Shown here: positions 59,287 through 64,000 of the stretch, piece by piece
How the letters are laid out: each line of letters opens with the position of its first letter
Numbering within the stretch: position 1 is the first letter of the stretch
NCBI GenBank assembly: GCA_051362555.1
Contig: CM120648.1
Coordinates: forward strand, 4,336,587-4,400,586
Direction: 5' to 3'
Source of the DNA: Lingula anatina
Taxonomy: Eukaryota > Animalia > Brachiopoda
Length of the DNA: 64,000 nt
Position numbers and translations under genes: made by a program
The notes under the pieces: generated by a model
Database searches by the model: none
What the model was told of the DNA's origin: nothing
Seen by the model: only the letters and a program-made list of their open reading frames with translations

Positions 59287-62200
59287 CCTTTGGGTCTAGT
59301 TGCTTACAAATTGCTGTTTGTGTGCTTAATTACAGTCTAGTAGTTGTTAAATTATCAGTAAGACAAAAAATGAATGTACTTGCCTGGCCCAACAGAGAAG
59401 AATATTGTAAAGCTTATCATGCCTACAATGCTTATGTAAGAAATCCACTCTTTCTGAAATTTTGAAAAAAAAAATTTTTTTGAATATGAATACCTGTGAC
59501 TTTTTCTTTTTTTTTCAATCCCAAATATATTATGATTTTAATCTTCCAAAACTGTTATACAGTATATCACATATATAAACATATATAAAATGTGCGTGTT
59601 CTCTCTGAATAAAACCAAAAGACTTTAATAACCTGCGGATTTAGTGGATCACTGTAGACAAATGAAATGGTCATCACTACAGTAAATATACACATTCCTC
59701 CCAGTCCCACTAGATGGAGTGTGCGTCTGCCAGCCCTATCTACCAAGACGGCACTGATCCCTGTCATCACAAACATGATTCCTCCCATTCCCACAGTAGC
59801 ATAGCTGGCATCCGTGTCATTAAGACCAGCCTGCTCATAGATCATAATGGAGTAATAGGTCACCTGGAAATATTGTAAAATAGGAATAATTATAAGTTTG
59901 CTTTTTGAGTCCTTTTCCAAACATTTTGAAATTCATATATTTCAGGACAGCTATAATTGTAGGAATATTAACAACACTCAATACAAAAGGCCACACCTCT
60001 TGCGGGGGCAGATCCAGAGATATTTTCTGGCCATCTTACAAATTATGTTTGTTGATCCATTTTCCATTTTCGACCATCTGCTGTCAGATAAAATTAGATA
60101 CGCGTCAATGTAGACTTGAAAATCTGACTGTCTTTCAGAAAACAAAGAAGGCATCCTCAGTCTGCCCCTGTCTCATAGCTAAGTACTTACAGCATTGATT
60201 CCTGACAACTGCTGCGATATGTTAGCAACCAGGGCAATCATGAGGGGCTCTCTCAGCATGGGGTCTCGGAAGAGTTGACAGACAGTTACCTGGAAACAAG
60301 GGAAATATTACACTGATATACAATAGTGTAAGAAAGCTTCAGGACCTACGAGAGACAAAGACATTGCCATGCAGAGAAAGGTGTCTTTATTCAATTTTAA
60401 TCACATATTTATAACAATTTGCTAGTCAAAATAACATTTTTTCATGTGTACCTTTTTACTTTCTGATGAGAAACTATAGAAGATAACTCTCACATACCTA
60501 ATGAATGCCAACACATCTTTTACCTTTGACTTCATTCAAGTACACGTGAAAAGAATACTTCTACAGTCACTTAGCTTTGAACCCAAATAAACCTTATCAT
60601 AGTACTACCTTTGGTAAGTGTTTGTTGCGCTCATGCTCATTTTTCATTTCAACTATTTCATGCTCCACTGATTTGGCAACAACAGTGTGCCTGAACCACA
60701 TCAGTGCTATGACAACAGAAATAAAAGAATTAATAAATAATGAATAATACTGTAATTAAAGAGAGGTCATAAACCCTTACCTACTGATTAAAACTATAAA
60801 AAATTAACAATATTTAAAAAACTGTCATAAAAGCATGAAAAAAAAAAAAACATTTACCCATCAAATCACACTGGGTCATGATAGAAGTCCAAGAAATGCT
60901 TCATTTTTTTTCTTTAAAGTCAGTAGGAGTATTTTTAGGCCATACATGTACGTGTGACACAGGGGCCATTCAGAATAGATGATTGGAGTACGTACTATAA
61001 CTGATTCACCAATGGAATATGGCCAACCCCACTTCAAAAAAGCAATGCCACTAATTCCATCATGAACTCCCCATCTCCGCACAGGCTGTAGCTGCAAGTC
61101 CCCAGCAATAAAACCTTGGAGCTGAGATTTAATCCGTTTAATGGTGTGTGTGGAGGCGGGGAGACCACTGGGAATCAGTGGCATCGCTTATGAAGTGTGA
61201 TTGGCCATATTTAGTTGGCGGATCAGTTAGTACTCGGATCATGTATTCTGAATGGCCCCACTATGTATTTACAAACCTTTGCGTGCCTTCTCCTCCTGGT
61301 GTTTATTAAGCAGTAGATATCTGGGACTGGCAGGACACATAGGAAGCAGGACCAACTGTAGCACTGCAGCAACTGCAGGGGCACCTGTTGACAGCAGATA
61401 ATAATTAACTCAGGAGAAAATGTCTGCTTTAAGAAGGGAAGTAAGGTATAATGGCTCTATTATATCAACTGGGAAAGATTATCAATTTTTCAGACACAAA
61501 ATTTTGAAATCATTAAAAATATATTTCTTTGTAACAATTTGGGCTTTTATTGTAAAGAATACAACTATTAAGGGGCCCGCACACGGTGAGCATTTTTCTG
61601 CGCCGTTTTCTCATCATGTGCGGGGGTATTTTGGTGAGATTTTTGCCTCACGCGCGGCTGAGCAAAATTTCTCATGTGTTTGATTTTTTTGGTCTCTTGA
61701 GGCAAATGTCTCAGCGTGTGCGGGGTGCAAGCGCCGATTGCTCACGCCATGCTAACAATGCGCATGTGCCAGTAGCCGGAAACAAACAAAAACGGCAGCC
61801 CCCAGCGAAGTCAACAAAAATGTACACAGTTATACATGTAGTTAGTCTAATTGATTAACGTGGTCACCATTATCCATTACTATCAGAAAAAAACAACAAT
61901 ATGTAATGTTTCCTTAAACACATGATCCCACAGTTCACAGTGCGTCCGCTAGGGGCAGGCCGGGAGGCAGCTCTGCTGAGCAAAGAGCGCATCGTTTGCG
62001 GGGAGCCGAGGAGCGCGAGCATCTGGCGCAGCGCAAGTGGTGCGCGCCAAATGCTCACCGTGTGCGGGCCCCTTAGGTAGTTTGCTTTTTGATCCTGTTG
62101 CTACCACTCAATAGGAATGTTCTCATTTTAAGAATTTATACAGGTTCTGTAAAATCCACAATTTTCCTGGTTGAAATGATTGAACCATTATCATATCCAC

Positions 62201-64000
62201 TATTTCAAAATAGATAAAACATATATCATAAATTGTGATTTAAATATTCAGATACAACACCAACTTGAAGAGAAGCAAAATAAAAAAGGAAATCTGAATG
62301 GAATAAATCTTTCACATTTTAAAGTACTGTAAGGACACCATATATAAACATGAACATACCTAATAAATATGGGTATAAATCATCTGTGCCTAGTATCTCT
62401 TTGAGTCCTAACACCTGTGATGTAACCATGCCCAAAACTATAAACAGCTGGTTAATGGTGCCCATGGCCCCACGCAAAGTCAGGGGGGCAATCTCGTTCA
62501 GGTACATAGGGGCAACACCTGTGCTCAAACCTGCAAGGGAACAAATAACCAGCAGATTTTGTGAGAAATACTGAAAATGTCACAGCTTAATTGTCACAAT
62601 TGTACAAATTAGAAATGCATATTGCAGTAATTGTGTTAGATGTGATATTCTGTTGAGCAATAATATTGCGTTAGATGTGACATTGTGTTAGATGTGACAT
62701 ACTGCACTTCAGTCAAGCCCTTACTCCTGCTTTTTCTGTAATCATTCACAAGTGTATCAATAAAAAGACTTTTCAAAGCTGCTCTGAATCTCAGTGTGTA
62801 CATGAGGCTTAAAGTTTCAGTATCAGCTGTTGGAATCGCTGCATCATAGTTATGATAATATTATCAGTTTTTTTAATACAACTCACAAATATTGATAAAT
62901 TGTCCAAGAACAGCCTTCAGAAAATAAATTTGAAGCAAAGAGTTTGGAGGTTGGTTGTTTGATGCTTAATCCATCCGTGAATTCTTATAAAGATTATCCT
63001 ACCTGAATGTACCCCTATTAAAAAGCGTCCCACTATGATCATCTCAAATGATTTGGCATATTTGGCACCAGCTTGCAAGCCAATGGCAGCTACGGAAATG
63101 ATGTTAATTATCATCATTGCATTTTTTCTGTGAAATGAAATAAAAATATTTTAAAAAATTACCCTGATTTATACTAGAATATCCAATCACATTCATCTGA
63201 CTGGAATATCAGAATTCTTTTGTGATGTGTGCAGACCAAAATTAATATCTTCTTTCATTTCAATTTTATAAAGCAGTCTGTGATTGAATTTGTTTTTGGT
63301 GTGTGATTGAATTGTTTTTGGTGATTTTACCAAAGGTCTGCAACTAGAAGGCTTAACTATGTAATCAACTCTATAATTAAATTCTATTGCCTTAAGTAAT
63401 TAATTTTACTGACATCAAAATACCTTCCAATATGGTTGGCCAAGTAGCCGGCTGCAAACCCTCCCACCATACCTCCTGCACAAAATATGGACACTATCAC
63501 TGACCAGAGTATCAGTAGGACGTCTGGGTGGATAGAGGAGTGGTACCTTTCACACCATGTGGCATTGATAAATTCTTTAAGTACCTGTAAATATTATCAT
63601 AAATAAAAATTGTTTGTTTTTTTAAAGATTATTTATGTATTTTTACACATCACACAACATATAGTTACCCTATAAACAGAAGTTTTCCACTACTCTTCCC
63701 ATCTAGTGATCATTACAAAGCAACTGGAATGCAGCATTTTACCAATTTAAATAAATAAAATAATTTTTAACACATTTTCTGGATCCTTTTATGCAAACAA
63801 TCTGTTTCAGATTTCCTTTTTTAAGCTGTTTAATTTATTCATTGTGTTATATCATATATTAATAACAGTAAGTTTTTATATATGGTCTAATATAAGTTCG
63901 TTCCTATTCAAAAACAGGCATCAATCTACTTACATTCTGAGGCTCGTTGAGCACACCTGTTGCATAACCCACTTGAAATGAACAGCCAATAACTGCTGCA
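58150..64000 (-). CDS. SLC2A: Facilitated sugar transporter, SLC2A/GLUT family (5' partial). Exons >64000-63934, 63584-63424, 63127-63003, 62530-62360, 61384-61277, 60706-60609, 60289-60191, 59863-59633, 59453-59384, 59019-58892, 58332-58150
   Basis: [68 protein letters not shown]; one GC-AG intron. Confidence 0.92.
58625..58938 (-). repeat. 60-70 bp [13 protein letters not shown] made of the SLC2A exon end plus 5' splice site (5 units)
   Basis: Repeated aactgggcagctaactttatggtgggactgttgtaccca..cag|gtaagtac units. Confidence 0.9.
60003..60170. mobile_element. MITE, inverted relative of 31809-31976
   Basis: ggggcagatccagagatattttctg...tctgcccctg; no clean TSD. Confidence 0.65.
60962..61259. 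mobile_element. MITE
   Basis: ggggccattcagaata / tattctgaatggcccc termini with further imperfect inverted similarity. Confidence 0.7.
61571..62073. mobile_element. Harbinger-type MITE (~500 bp)
   Basis: Perfect ~25-bp TIR aggggcccgcacacggtgagcattt / aaatgctcaccgtgtgcgggcccct in TTA/TAA context. Confidence 0.8.

Overview
AT-rich, intron-containing genomic DNA from an animal, most likely a bilaterian marine invertebrate (inferred from gene content, intron structure and repeat types; the species cannot be named from the sequence). Gene models were built by hand from splice sites and reading frames. In order: four tandem 11-beta-hydroxysteroid dehydrogenase-like SDR genes (+, first one partial); a 7-exon urease accessory protein UreF gene (-) head-to-head with a 14-exon ALDH4A1/P5C dehydrogenase (+); a small unassigned gene (+); mitofusin (-) head-to-head with CENP-S/MHF1 (+); and an SLC2A/GLUT sugar transporter (-, 5' end outside the window). 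About 14 non-autonomous or decayed transposons and several microsatellites are interspersed. The most notable observations are: (1) two homologous 103-nt exons in mitofusin that can only be used mutually exclusively, with an RGGTCA direct-repeat array next to one and Rbfox motifs next to the other; (2) an animal UreF whose start codon lies 519 bp from that of P5C dehydrogenase, pairing the two arms of arginase-product catabolism; (3) local duplications at or next to splice junctions in four different genes, one of which could add in-frame copies of a GLUT transmembrane helix; (4) divergence among the HSD paralogs concentrated in substrate-contacting loops. No database searches were run.
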